DNA of 58,029 nt from Bacteroidota bacterium (GTDB taxonomy: Bacteria; Bacteroidota; Bacteroidia; Flavobacteriales; Flavobacteriaceae). Positions 36,919 through 47,394 of the stretch are shown here, piece after piece. Each line of letters starts with the position of its first letter. The first letter of the stretch is position 1. The position numbers and the translations under genes were made by a program. A model generated the notes under the pieces. That model ran no database searches. It was not told the origin of the DNA and worked only from the letters and a program-made list of their open reading frames with translations. The stretch is taken from contig JAZKCP010000022.1 of assembly GCA_040388035.1 (NCBI GenBank), positions 32,357-90,385 of the forward strand, in the 5' to 3' direction.

Positions 36919-38781
36919 ATGAACAATAAATTTTTATTTGGGTTTATTTTATTGAGTATTACTTCCGTTTTTGCCCAGTCCAAAGGCTATTGGCAGCAAA
37001 AGGCAGATTACAAAATGGAAGTGTCGATGGATGTAAAAACCTATCAATACAAAGGAAAACAAAAACTCATTTATACTAATAATTCCTCAGATACGCTGCG
37101 CCGTGTTTATTATCATTTATTTAATAACGCGTTTCAGCCGGGAAGCGAAATGGATATGCGAGCCCGAACTATTGCTGATCCTGACGGCAGGTTCCTGACT
37201 AAAACTAAGGAAAGCCGCATCGCTAAACTACAAGCTGAAGAAATTGGCTATTTGAAGATTTCCAATTTCAAACAGGACGGTGTTTCCGCCGATGCAAAAG
37301 AAGTAAGTACAATTCTCGAAGTGACATTGGCTAAACCGATTCATCCTGGAAAATCTACCACATTGACTTTAGATTTTGACGGCCAGGTTCCGGTTCAGAT
37401 TCGACGCTCGGGCAGGAATAATTCTGTCGGTGTTGAGCTTTCTATGGCACAATGGTATCCGAAAATGGCCGAATTTGATTTTGAAGGCTGGCATGCCGAT
37501 CCATATATAGCAAGGGAATTCCATGGCGTTTGGGGCGATTTTGATGTTAGCATTACTATCGACAAAGATTATATTCTTGGTGGAACCGGATATCTGGAAA
37601 ACAAAAATCAGATTGGTTTTGGTTACGAGGATAAAAACAAAGCTGTAAAAAAAGATCCAAATGCGAAAACACTAACATGGCATTTTGTGGCGCCGAATGT
37701 CCACGATTTTACCTGGGCTGCTGACAGGAATTATCTTCATGATGTTGTCAAAGGGCCAAATAATGTTGACCTGCATTTCTTATACAAAAACGATAAAAAG
37801 TATATTCAGAACTGGAAAGAACTTGAACCTTTAATGGTCAGGATAATGGATTTTTATAATAAAACCGTTGGCAATTATCCATACAAACAATATTCTTTTA
37901 TTCAAGGTGGCGATGGCGGAATGGAATATGCCATGTGTACTTTAATGCTCGGAACCGGAACGGCAAAAGATATGCTGAAAGCAGCTCCGCACGAATTAGC
38001 GCATTCCTGGTTTCAACATATTTTAGCTTCCAACGAATCGAAACATCCGTGGATGGACGAAGGATTTTCCACTTATATAGAATATTTGGCGCTGAATGAA
38101 ATTCCGGTTAAAAAAGATGAAAATCCTTTTAAGTCAATCTATAATACTTATTATGGTTTGGTGGAATCCGGAAAGGAACAGCCACTTTCCACACATGGTG
38201 ACCGATATGATGTAAACAAAAGCTACTCCACCGCTTCCTATTACAAAGGCGCGCTTTTCCTAACACAATTGGAATACCTCATCGGGACAGAAAATACCAG
38301 AAAAGCTTTGAAACGTTTTTATAATGAATTCAAATTCAAACATCCTACGCCTAATGATATAAAACGAACGGCAGAACGTGTTTCGGGCGCGAATTTAGAT
38401 TGGTATTTAACCGATTGGACACAAACCCTGAACACTATTGATTATGGAATTAAAAATGTTGAAAGTGCGACTGATGGTGTACAAAGAACCGGAGTTTCTT
38501 TACAACGTATTGGTAGAATTCCAATGCCGATGGATATATTGGTAGAATATACCGACGGGACAAAAGAGAGTTTCTATATTCCATTGCGAATGATGAGTTT
38601 TGAAAAAGAAAACCCAACTCCCGATATTAAACGAACCGTTTTAAATGATTGGACCTGGGCAAATCCAAATTATTTCTTTGAAATTCCAAAGGCAAAAATG
38701 GCTATCAAAAAATTAACTATCGATCCAAGTGGTTTAATGGCAGACGTGAAAAGAGAAAATAATATTTACGAGGTCAAATAA
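36919..38781 (+). CDS. M1 family zinc aminopeptidase
   Basis: GGMEY, HELAH followed by WMDEG, YYKG; signal peptide. Confidence 0.93.
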   Translation: MNNKFLFGFILLSITSVFAQSKGYWQQKADYKMEVSMDVKTYQYKGKQKLIYTNNSSDTLRRVYYHLFNNAFQPGSEMDMRARTIADPDGRFLTKTKESRIAKLQAEEIGYLKISNFKQDGVSADAKEVSTILEVTLAKPIHPGKSTTLTLDFDGQVPVQIRRSGRNNSVGVELSMAQWYPKMAEFDFEGWHADPYIAREFHGVWGDFDVSITIDKDYILGGTGYLENKNQIGFGYEDKNKAVKKDPNAKTLTWHFVAPNVHDFTWAADRNYLHDVVKGPNNVDLHFLYKNDKKYIQNWKELEPLMVRIMDFYNKTVGNYPYKQYSFIQGGDGGMEYAMCTLMLGTGTAKDMLKAAPHELAHSWFQHILASNESKHPWMDEGFSTYIEYLALNEIPVKKDENPFKSIYNTYYGLVESGKEQPLSTHGDRYDVNKSYSTASYYKGALFLTQLEYLIGTENTRKALKRFYNEFKFKHPTPNDIKRTAERVSGANLDWYLTDWTQTLNTIDYGIKNVESATDGVQRTGVSLQRIGRIPMPMDILVEYTDGTKESFYIPLRMMSFEKENPTPDIKRTVLNDWTWANPNYFFEIPKAKMAIKKLTIDPSGLMADVKRENNIYEVK

Positions 38782-38857
38782 GAAAAGTGAACTTTTTAAG
38801 CTTCGCTTTTTCTGGAATAGAATTTGTAGATTTACCGCGATAAAAAAATTTGACAAA

Positions 38858-39268
38858 ATGAAATCAATTCAACTTCTTATCGTTTGCCTTTTTTTAGGTT
38901 TTGGAAATAGTGCTTCGGCACAACCCATTCGTTTTCAAACCAGCAGCGTAAGTTTTACAGATAAAAAAGACAACGGTCAATGGAACGAATGGTCCGATTT
39001 TGTTGATGCTAAAGTCTTAATAACCCTTGATCCAAAAAAAGATTTGATCGTGGTTAATTCTTCAGAAGTACAGTCATTCAAAATCAAAGCGTATGGCGAA
39101 ATCACCGATAATGAAGAAGTAAATATTGTTCCTTTTGAATGTGTTGACAATAAGTTTTCGAAGTGTAATATCTTAATCATTACCAAGAAAAATGAAAACA
39201 ACAGGGTACAGTTTTACATTACTTACAATGAAGTGAAATTTGTATACAATATTTACCCTGTCAAGTAG
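38858..39268 (+). CDS. Hypothetical exported protein
   Basis: Signal peptide ending ASA-Q, WNEWS motif, beta-rich. Confidence 0.7.
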   Translation: MKSIQLLIVCLFLGFGNSASAQPIRFQTSSVSFTDKKDNGQWNEWSDFVDAKVLITLDPKKDLIVVNSSEVQSFKIKAYGEITDNEEVNIVPFECVDNKFSKCNILIITKKNENNRVQFYITYNEVKFVYNIYPVK

Positions 39269-39270
39269 CA

Positions 39271-39657
39271 ATGGATTTTTCCTATCCAAAAACCGAAAAA
39301 CTTAAAAGCAAAAAAATTATCGATTTACTCTTTACCGAAGGCAAATCGGTGAGTAAATATCCGCTGCGTTTGGTTTATGTAAAACATGATTTTGAAGAAG
39401 ATGTTCACTTAAAAATGGGTGTTTCTGTATCCAAAAAATATTTTAAAAAAGCAGTAGACCGGAATTATTTCAAGCGGGTTTTACGTGACTCCTACCGACT
39501 GAATAAACAGCTTTTGATTAAAAGTTTACACGCTAAGTATTGTTTTATGTTTTTTTATCAAACCAATGAAAAGTTGTCTTATCAGGAAATAAACCAAAAG
39601 ACCATCCAGCTTTTTGAAAAGGCTGTAAAATCCATACAGGAAGAAAAAAAATGTTAA
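39271..39657 (+). CDS. rnpA: Ribonuclease P protein component
   Basis: YPKTEKLKS, GVSVSKK, KKAVDRNYFKR (RNR motif variant). Confidence 0.92.
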   Translation: MDFSYPKTEKLKSKKIIDLLFTEGKSVSKYPLRLVYVKHDFEEDVHLKMGVSVSKKYFKKAVDRNYFKRVLRDSYRLNKQLLIKSLHAKYCFMFFYQTNEKLSYQEINQKTIQLFEKAVKSIQEEKKC

Positions 39658-39723
39658 CTAAAAACCGAATCCGATTCGTTTAGTGTAATTTAGTATATTC
39701 GTTAACTCGTTAAAGAAAAAACC

Positions 39724-41361
39724 ATGTTGTCATCCATTAAAAAAAGATATTTTATCCCTGCAGTTTTGAGTATTTTTCTCTTTGTTGGGGTTAGTTTTAA
39801 AGACGATTTCTTCGAAATTTCAAAACAAATTGAAATCTTCACCACGCTTTTTAAAACCATTAATCAAAACTATGTAGACGAAACAAATCCGGCGGAATTG
39901 ATGGACCATGCCATCAAAACAATGCTCGCCGATTTGGATCCGTATACGAATTATTTCAACGAACAGGATGTTATTAAATTCAAAATAAATAACACTGGCG
40001 AATATACAGGAATTGGTGCCATGATTACCCGAAAGGAAGACAAGCTTATCATTAAGGAACCATACAAAGGATTTCCGGCAGATAAGGCCGGATTGAAAGC
40101 CGGTGATGAAATTACGCAAATTGGCGATGTGCTTTTGGCAGATTTCAAAGACGACGCTTCACAATTAATGAAAGGTGCAAAAGGCACTAAAATCAGCATC
40201 AAATATTTGCGTCAGGGGAAACCAATGACGACCCAATTGGTTCTGGATGAAGTTGCAGTAAAAGCAGTTCCTTTTTATGGAATGGTTGATAATAAAACAG
40301 GTTATATTGTGTTGTCGCAGTTTAATGCTAAAGCTACATCAGAAACCAAAGAAGCCTTGGAAAAATTAAAAACAGAAGGCGCTACACAAATTGTTTTGGA
40401 CTTGCGTGGAAATCCTGGCGGATTATTGAACGAAGCGGTGAATATCTGCAATCTTTTTGTGCCAAAAAATGAAATCATTGTAACGACAAAATCGAAGAAT
40501 TCTAAATACAATAACACTTACAAAACAACCCGCGAACCAATTGATACTGAAATTCCTTTAGTAGTTATTGTTGATGGAAAAAGCGCTTCTTCTTCTGAAA
40601 TTGTTGCCGGTGCTTTACAGGATTTTGACAGAGCAGTAATTGTCGGTAGCAGAAGTTATGGGAAAGGTTTGGTGCAACGTCCGATTGATATGACTTATGG
40701 AACTCAGGTAAAAGTCACTATTTCCAAATATTACACGCCATCGGGAAGATGTATCCAGGCATTGAATTATTCGCTTAAAGATAAAAATGGCAAAGCCATT
40801 AAAACGGAAGAGAAAAATTATAATGCTTTCAAAACCAAAAAAGGAAGAACGGTTTACGATGGAGGCGGGATTTTACCCGATGTGGTTTTAGAAAATACCA
40901 AAACAAGTGCCATTGCCGAAGCCTTGCAAAAAAATGATGGGATTTTTAATTACGTCACGTATTACTATTACAAAAATCCAACGCTTGGCGACAAAATTCC
41001 GATTATTACTGATGCTGAGCTTGCCGATTTTAAAGCTTTCCTAAAAAGGGAAAAAATAGCATTTGACACCGAAACGGAAGTTGCCTTAAGAAACACTTTG
41101 GAAAAAGCAAAAAAGGAAAATGTGGATACTGCGATTGCATCCGAATACCAACAATTGCTGACAGCTTTGGAAAAAAGCGAAGAAACCATGATAGACAAAA
41201 ACCAAAAGGAAATCAAGAATTTGATTTTGGATGAAATCATAAAACGATACCAATACAAGGAAGGATTGTATCAATATTATGTCAAGAGCAATTTTGAAAT
41301 CAAAAAGTCTATTGAAGTCTTAAACGACAAATCACAATATAACACGATTTTGAAAATTTAG
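39724..41361 (+). CDS. S41 C-terminal processing peptidase (PDZ)
   Basis: LDPYT, GIGA PDZ loop, LDLRGNPGG, SASSSEIV, YGKGLVQ, YYTPSGR. Confidence 0.93.
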   Translation: MLSSIKKRYFIPAVLSIFLFVGVSFKDDFFEISKQIEIFTTLFKTINQNYVDETNPAELMDHAIKTMLADLDPYTNYFNEQDVIKFKINNTGEYTGIGAMITRKEDKLIIKEPYKGFPADKAGLKAGDEITQIGDVLLADFKDDASQLMKGAKGTKISIKYLRQGKPMTTQLVLDEVAVKAVPFYGMVDNKTGYIVLSQFNAKATSETKEALEKLKTEGATQIVLDLRGNPGGLLNEAVNICNLFVPKNEIIVTTKSKNSKYNNTYKTTREPIDTEIPLVVIVDGKSASSSEIVAGALQDFDRAVIVGSRSYGKGLVQRPIDMTYGTQVKVTISKYYTPSGRCIQALNYSLKDKNGKAIKTEEKNYNAFKTKKGRTVYDGGGILPDVVLENTKTSAIAEALQKNDGIFNYVTYYYYKNPTLGDKIPIITDAELADFKAFLKREKIAFDTETEVALRNTLEKAKKENVDTAIASEYQQLLTALEKSEETMIDKNQKEIKNLILDEIIKRYQYKEGLYQYYVKSNFEIKKSIEVLNDKSQYNTILKI

Positions 41362-41362
41362 T

Positions 41363-42175
41363 ATGAAGTTCTTAAAGTTTTTGCCCTTATTGTTTTGTTG
41401 TTTTCTTCAGGCTCAGGAAGAAGTCGTTCATTCGGTTTATTTTGAATTTGACAAATTTACCCTGAATGAAAAAGAGGTTAATGACGCTATTGATTTTATA
41501 AAAAAAACCGATTCCACCCGTATTGAAGACATTCAAATTTTTGGCTACACTGATGATGTTGGAAAAGATGCCTACAATTTCAAGCTTTCTACAAAACGCG
41601 CCACTGCGATTCGGGACAGGTTTGTTGAAAACGGTATCAAAAGTAAAATCATCGTAACCATTGAAGGCAAAGGCCGTATTTTGATTGAAGATGACATCGT
41701 AGAAAATCTTCCGGAAAAGCGTTCCAAAAATCGCCGGGTCGATGTGGTTCTTCACCTGAAACCTTTACCAAAAATTGAAATTCCAGGGTTTTTCAATACA
41801 GTTCAGAAACATCACATTATTGGTGATCATATTTATCTGGACAATATTTTATTCGAAAGAGGCAGCAGCAAATTGCCATTTAAATCCAAAACAGAATTGG
41901 ACAAAATTGCGCGTTTGCTAATGAAATATAAGAACCTTCAATTTGAAATCCAGGGGCATGTTTGCTGTACGCCACCTTACCAAAAAGAAGCCATTGATTT
42001 AGGGACGAGAAAACGTCAACTATCCATAAACAGGGCTGCAGCAGTTTATAAATATTTACTGTTTAAGAAAGTAGCCAAAGACCGAATGACTTTCAAAGGT
42101 TATGGAAATACAGTGCCGCTGGGCAAAGGAGCAGATTATGATAGAAGAGTAGAATTGGTAATTACAAAAACCTAA
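41363..42175 (+). CDS. Exported protein with two OmpA-like peptidoglycan-binding domains
   Basis: GYTD..YNFKLS..RA..NRRVDV and GHVC..LS..RA..DRRVEL. Confidence 0.85.
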   Translation: MKFLKFLPLLFCCFLQAQEEVVHSVYFEFDKFTLNEKEVNDAIDFIKKTDSTRIEDIQIFGYTDDVGKDAYNFKLSTKRATAIRDRFVENGIKSKIIVTIEGKGRILIEDDIVENLPEKRSKNRRVDVVLHLKPLPKIEIPGFFNTVQKHHIIGDHIYLDNILFERGSSKLPFKSKTELDKIARLLMKYKNLQFEIQGHVCCTPPYQKEAIDLGTRKRQLSINRAAAVYKYLLFKKVAKDRMTFKGYGNTVPLGKGADYDRRVELVITKT

Positions 42176-42618
42176 TTTTTTTTCATTTCGATATGCGGAA
42201 TATCGTCTTCTAAATACGTTTCACTCGTTTGAATAAAACCGTGGCTTTCGTAGAAATTTTTCAAATATAATTGTGCCGAAATGGTGATTTTGCGTTCGCC
42301 AAACTGATGCTTCATATAATAAATTGCTTCCCTCATTAAGATGTGCCCAAGTTTTTTGTCGCGGTAACTTGGCTTAACTACAACCCGGCCTATGGATGCC
42401 TGCTCAAAATAATCTTTTGGTTTAAACAAGCGCGCGTAAGCAACCGTTTCTCCATTATCTTCTCCGATAAGATGCAGTGCTTTTTGATCTTTATTATCAA
42501 CATCCTGATAAGGGCATTTTTGCTCTACTATAAAGACTTCACTTCGCAATTGGAGTAGATTGTATAATTCAATAGCTGTTAGTGCCTCAAATCGCTTTAT
42601 TTTCCATTCTAGGTTCAT
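42172..42618 (-). CDS. elaA: ElaA-like GNAT acetyltransferase
   Basis: LRSEVFIVEQ, IGRVVV, ISAQLYL..FYESHGF, YLEDDIPHIEM; start reassigned to 42618. Confidence 0.85.
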   Translation of the reverse strand: MNLEWKIKRFEALTAIELYNLLQLRSEVFIVEQKCPYQDVDNKDQKALHLIGEDNGETVAYARLFKPKDYFEQASIGRVVVKPSYRDKKLGHILMREAIYYMKHQFGERKITISAQLYLKNFYESHGFIQTSETYLEDDIPHIEMKKN

Positions 42619-42622
42619 AATG

Positions 42623-43594
42623 CTATTTTTTGATTTGTATAGACTTAATAATTGCTTCCAATTCAAACATTAAATCGCGTTTTTCCTTTGATGGCGCATA
42701 GCAAAATCCTTCCAAAACCAAAATGCGTCTGTGGACTTTATCAAAAATGGAATAACTGATAAATGGCCCCGACATGAAATCGTTTTTCATCTGCCAAGTT
42801 CCTTTGGTTTCGTAACATCTGTTTCCTGCCAGAGTAGTTTTTGAAAAATAAGGTGAATAAGCCTGATCGGACACCATTTCTGTTCCCGGAGCCGAGCCGT
42901 GAATGTATGCCCTGCCAATGGAATCCCTGGCTATTACAATATCGCTAACGGCATGATTTGGCCGGATGTTATTCCATGGAATCTGGTAAATCAGCAAGCT
43001 GGTGTTGCCACTGGTGATTTCGCTTTTGAGCCAGATGAAGTTTTTGCGGCGCATTACGTATTCGTATTTGGAAGGAATCAGCAAATCAATATTGAATTTC
43101 TTTTGGATTTTTTTAGTGTCAAGCAATGAATCCTTGAAAATTTCCTGATTATGGATAATTTCTATTGCACGCATTTTCTTAATGATTTCAGGAGAATATT
43201 TCTCGAGGAGCTCAATTATCTCAAAAGAGGTTTTTCCTGTAATATGGAAGGCATTTTGTGGCGTAGCAAATTCGTTTTGCTTGAATTCAAATTTATTTTC
43301 ATTCCCTTTTTTGACGACGACGATATTATGGCTGTCTGTTGAGAAACCTTCGAAAAGCTTTACCGGATATTGGTTTATTGTAAACAAGGGCTCTTCCTGT
43401 GGCAAACCCAAAACTGGTGAAGCAAATTTATTCCGGATACTGTCGCCCACTTCCCCGTTCCAAAGCTGGTCATCAATGATTACCGAAATGGTGTTTATTT
43501 CTGACGAGGAATCCTCAGGAAGTTTGTCTTCCTTAAACGAGCAGGAACTCGCAAGAAACGAGGCAAAAAGCCATAAAAAAAGGGTTTTATTCAT
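42623..43594 (-). CDS. DUF4837 family lipoprotein
   Basis: Lipobox ASSC, GLPQEEPLF, FMSGPF, YAPSKEKRD; start reassigned to 43594. Confidence 0.82.
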   Translation of the reverse strand: MNKTLFLWLFASFLASSCSFKEDKLPEDSSSEINTISVIIDDQLWNGEVGDSIRNKFASPVLGLPQEEPLFTINQYPVKLFEGFSTDSHNIVVVKKGNENKFEFKQNEFATPQNAFHITGKTSFEIIELLEKYSPEIIKKMRAIEIIHNQEIFKDSLLDTKKIQKKFNIDLLIPSKYEYVMRRKNFIWLKSEITSGNTSLLIYQIPWNNIRPNHAVSDIVIARDSIGRAYIHGSAPGTEMVSDQAYSPYFSKTTLAGNRCYETKGTWQMKNDFMSGPFISYSIFDKVHRRILVLEGFCYAPSKEKRDLMFELEAIIKSIQIKK

Positions 43595-43633
43595 AACTGA
43601 AATAAAACCCAAATTTATAGAAGATTTTCGGAA

Positions 43634-45883
43634 TTAACCGTTAATTTTTAATTTCATCCCAGCTTTCAAACTTTCGTTTTTAATTCCGTTCCATTTTTTT
43701 AAATCTGAAATCGAAACACCAGGATATTTTTTGGCAATGCTAAACAACGAATCGCCTTTTTTAACGTGGTATAATTTTACCTCGTTTCTATCATTAGCTG
43801 CTATATTCTCTTTTTTAGCTGGTACATTTTTGCTTTCAGAAGAAACCACATATCTTTTACCAACAATTAATTTTGCCCCAAGTTGAATATTGCTGTCTTC
43901 AATTTTGTTCCAGTCTTTGATGTCTGACATAGAAACATCATATTTACGGGCAATACTTCCTAGAGTTTCGCCTCTGTCGACAACATGTTCGGTAACTTTT
44001 AATTCGGTTTTATAAGTTGCTTCTTTTATAGGTTCAGCGTCATTGCCGGCCAAAGTCAATTTAATTCCCTGATCAACATTTAAATCATCAAGATTGTTCC
44101 ATTTTTTTAGGTCTTCAAGACTAACATTGAATTTTTTAGCGATGCTGAATAAGTTATCACCTCTTTCCACTACATAAAAATCACTTGGTTTTTCAGCGGC
44201 CTCATTCGAAGCGACAGCAGTTTCAACAGCATTTTTATCTGATTTTATTTCTTTTCTAACGGTAGTTACTACTCTTTCGTTTTTAATTATTTTTAAGCTT
44301 TTTCCAGGCATTATATTGCTCCCTTTAAGCTTATTCCATTTTTTAACTTCAGCAACAGAAACTCCGTATTTGTCTGAGATTTCACCAAGGTTATCGCCTC
44401 TTTTTACTTTGTGGTATTTTACAATATCTTTGTATGAAACTACTTTTTCTTCTTTGAATATTTTACCAACATTTGAAGCTACGGCTGTTGTTTCTTTTAC
44501 CGAAATGGTATCAGCTTTTGTGGCTTTTTTATTTGATGCTACTGCTTCCTGAGTATAAATTTTTAAACTCCTGCCCATTGGCGCTTTGTTGCTTCGCAAA
44601 TGATTCCATTTTTTAAGTTCAGACATAGTGACGCCGTATCTGTTTGAAATCTCGCTTAAGCTGTCGCCTCTTCTGACTTTATGGTATTTGACTTTTGAAA
44701 TTGTTCCATTATTATCAGAGAAATTAGAATTATTTGCCAACATACTTTCGTATGGTCTTTCCCTTTTATTTGATTCATATTTAACGAAAGCATAAATCTT
44801 GTCTTCATTGGAAGTGAAAACTGCAACTTTATTAACCGGCAATCTTAAATAGTGGTTTTCACCTGTGATGAACGGAACTACTTCTCTTTTAAATGACGGG
44901 TTTAGAAACTGCAATTCTGCCACCGGAACATCCAACAAATCTGAAATTTGCTTGAATGTCATCGCATTTTTTACCATCACAGTATCTGTGGCAAAATGAT
45001 TTGCAATAGCTCTGTCTGGTTTTATTCCGTGCTCTTTATGGTATTCAAAAATATACATTGTTGCCAGGAAAGCCGGTAAATATCCTTGTGTTTCTTTGTG
45101 GAGATATGGTCGTATGTTCCAGTAATTTTGTTTTCCTCCTGAACGACGGATAGCTTTGGCAACATTTCCAGGCCCTGTATTATAAGAGGCTAGAACCAAA
45201 TCCCAATCACCAAAAATGCCATACATGTTTTTCATGTATTGAGTTGCGGCTTTACTTGCTTTTAATGGATCGCTTCTTTCATCAACATATGTGTCAACCT
45301 TTAATCCGTATTGTTTTCCGGTTTGGTACATAAACTGCCATAAACCTGTTGCGCCTACTCTTGAAACCGCTCTTGGATTCAACGCTGACTCAACTACGGA
45401 TAAATATTTGATTTCTAGTGGAATATTTTGTGCCGCTAACGACTCTTCAAACATTGGGAAGTAGTATTGGGAAATACCTATTAATCTCTCGAAAGATCTT
45501 TTTCTATTCTTTAGGAATGACTTGATTACGTTTTCCAAGCCAACATTGTATTCAATATTGAATGGGGATTTCTCGTCCAGTTTCTTCAGTCTTTCTTTCA
45601 GAAGTTCGGTCGACAATTCGTAATCAACTTTTTCATCAACATTAATGCTCTTAATGTCAAAAGTCAACTGATCGTACATGTCCAAACTTGCCAATTCCTT
45701 CATCCATAGACTGTCAATACAGGAAGCAATGTTGTCTTTAACAAAGGTTGCCTTTATGGAATCCAATACTTCTCTTCTGGTAAGCGGTTCTCTTTTTACT
45801 GATGTAGCAATGATAGTATCTTGCGCAAAAATTGCTGAAGAAGCTAGCAGTAATGCTAATGAGGCTATTTTTTTTATAGTCAT
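43634..45883 (-). CDS. mltD: Lytic transglycosylase MltD-like with five LysM domains
   Basis: SLT motifs VESALNP, GATGLWQFM, ASYNTG, ETQGY; LysM starts HKVRRGD, HKVKRGD, YVVERGD, HVVDRGE, YHVKKGD. Confidence 0.9.
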   Translation of the reverse strand: MTIKKIASLALLLASSAIFAQDTIIATSVKREPLTRREVLDSIKATFVKDNIASCIDSLWMKELASLDMYDQLTFDIKSINVDEKVDYELSTELLKERLKKLDEKSPFNIEYNVGLENVIKSFLKNRKRSFERLIGISQYYFPMFEESLAAQNIPLEIKYLSVVESALNPRAVSRVGATGLWQFMYQTGKQYGLKVDTYVDERSDPLKASKAATQYMKNMYGIFGDWDLVLASYNTGPGNVAKAIRRSGGKQNYWNIRPYLHKETQGYLPAFLATMYIFEYHKEHGIKPDRAIANHFATDTVMVKNAMTFKQISDLLDVPVAELQFLNPSFKREVVPFITGENHYLRLPVNKVAVFTSNEDKIYAFVKYESNKRERPYESMLANNSNFSDNNGTISKVKYHKVRRGDSLSEISNRYGVTMSELKKWNHLRSNKAPMGRSLKIYTQEAVASNKKATKADTISVKETTAVASNVGKIFKEEKVVSYKDIVKYHKVKRGDNLGEISDKYGVSVAEVKKWNKLKGSNIMPGKSLKIIKNERVVTTVRKEIKSDKNAVETAVASNEAAEKPSDFYVVERGDNLFSIAKKFNVSLEDLKKWNNLDDLNVDQGIKLTLAGNDAEPIKEATYKTELKVTEHVVDRGETLGSIARKYDVSMSDIKDWNKIEDSNIQLGAKLIVGKRYVVSSESKNVPAKKENIAANDRNEVKLYHVKKGDSLFSIAKKYPGVSISDLKKWNGIKNESLKAGMKLKING

Positions 45884-45983
45884 AACTTTATTTTGTAAAG
45901 TGTTATATTTCAAATCTGTATGATATTAATTGAGTTCAATTAATAACGTCTATTCTTATTTTTTATTGTGCTGTTTTAAAACT

Positions 45984-47171
45984 TTAACTTAAAATGGCTG
46001 CAATTCCCGGTAATGTTCTTCCTTCCAGCATTTCTAACATCGCTCCACCACCAGTTGATACATAACTCATTTTGTCTTCCAATCCGAATTGTTTCACCGC
46101 TGCCACTGAGTCTCCACCGCCTACAAGTGAAAAAGCTCCGTTTTCCGTTGACTCAGCAATATATTTTCCCAATTCAATTGTACCGTTGGCGAAATTCTCC
46201 ATTTCAAAAACACCTAGCGGTCCATTCCAAAGAATTGTTTTTGAATTCATAATCACTTCTTTGAAATTCGCTAATGATTTCGGTCCGGCGTCTAAACCTT
46301 GCCATCCATCAGGGATTTCTTTAACATCTACAATTTGCGTTTTGGCATCATTTGAAAATGAATCTGCTGCAACAACATCAACCGGAATATGTATCTGAAC
46401 GTTTTTTTGTTTGGCTAAATGCAAAATTTCTAAAGCCAATTCTTGTTTGTCATCTTCGCAAATTGAATTTCCAATTTTTCCGCCCAACGCTTTTACAAAC
46501 GTGAATGTCATTCCGCCACCGATGATCATGTGATCCACTTTGTCTAAAATATTTTCGATAACTGTGATTTTTGAAGATACTTTTGAACCTCCAAGAACCG
46601 CTGTTACCGGTTTCACCGAATTATTTAAAACTCGGTTTAAGCTTTCTATTTCTTTGGCCAAAAGCAATCCAAAACATTTATGTTCCGGAAAAAATTTAGC
46701 AATTATTGTTGTTGAAGCATGTGCTCTATGCGCTGTTCCGAAAGCATCATTTACATAAATATCACCTAATGAAGCCAATTCCTTAGCAAAGTTTTCATCT
46801 CCGGCTTCTTCTTCAGCATAAAAACGAAGATTTTCCAACAATAATACTTCGCCTGATTTTAAATTATTAGCTGCATTTTTCGCTATTTCTCCTTTACAAT
46901 CAGAAGCAAATTGAACATCAACACGCAAAACTTCTGTTACTTTTTCCACAATATGTCGCAACGAATATTTATCTTCTTTTCCTTTTGGCCTTCCTAAATG
47001 CGACATCAGAATTACGCTTCCACCATCGGCAAGAATCTTATCTATAGTTGGCTTTGCGGCTTCAATCCTGTTGGCATCGGTAACGTTGAAATCCTCATCT
47101 AAAGGCACGTTGAAATCAACTCTTATTATGGCTATTTTGGCTTTGAAATTAAAATCTTGAAGCGTTTTCAT
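45984..47171 (-). CDS. pgk: Phosphoglycerate kinase
   Basis: [41 protein letters not shown]; start reassigned to MKTLQ at 47171. Confidence 0.98.
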   Translation of the reverse strand: MKTLQDFNFKAKIAIIRVDFNVPLDEDFNVTDANRIEAAKPTIDKILADGGSVILMSHLGRPKGKEDKYSLRHIVEKVTEVLRVDVQFASDCKGEIAKNAANNLKSGEVLLLENLRFYAEEEAGDENFAKELASLGDIYVNDAFGTAHRAHASTTIIAKFFPEHKCFGLLLAKEIESLNRVLNNSVKPVTAVLGGSKVSSKITVIENILDKVDHMIIGGGMTFTFVKALGGKIGNSICEDDKQELALEILHLAKQKNVQIHIPVDVVAADSFSNDAKTQIVDVKEIPDGWQGLDAGPKSLANFKEVIMNSKTILWNGPLGVFEMENFANGTIELGKYIAESTENGAFSLVGGGDSVAAVKQFGLEDKMSYVSTGGGAMLEMLEGRTLPGIAAILS

Positions 47172-47199
47172 TTTGTAATATACTAGTACTGAATCATTG

Positions 47200-47207
47200 C
47201 AAATATA
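47200..47207 (-). promoter_or_regulatory. pgk -7 promoter element (TATATTTG)
   Basis: TAnnTTTG on the - strand about 28 nt upstream of the pgk ATG. Confidence 0.6.
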
Positions 47208-47382
47208 ATAAAATTTAGTTTCATCGATGATTTTTGTGCTTTTATCGATGATTCTTAAGGGAAAATTAAGCGATAATTTGTTTGTTGTCAAACAAATAGA
47301 AAATAATTCTCAACTACTTTATGAACAATTTCAGTGAATGAATATCTGTATTCATCATTTACTATTAGCGAAATATTTCTTC

Positions 47383-47390
47383 TATATTTG
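47383..47390 (+). promoter_or_regulatory. holB -7 promoter element (TATATTTG)
   Basis: TAnnTTTG ending 4 nt before ATG 47395. Confidence 0.6.
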
Positions 47391-47394
47391 CTTT

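Noticed and set aside
47172-47394. N-terminal extensions of pgk and holB given by the ORF track (likewise gmk, DUF3078, sufT, elaA, skp, mltD)
   Set aside because: The extensions run through promoters, repeats or neighbouring genes; downstream ATGs fit the family N-termini or signal peptides.
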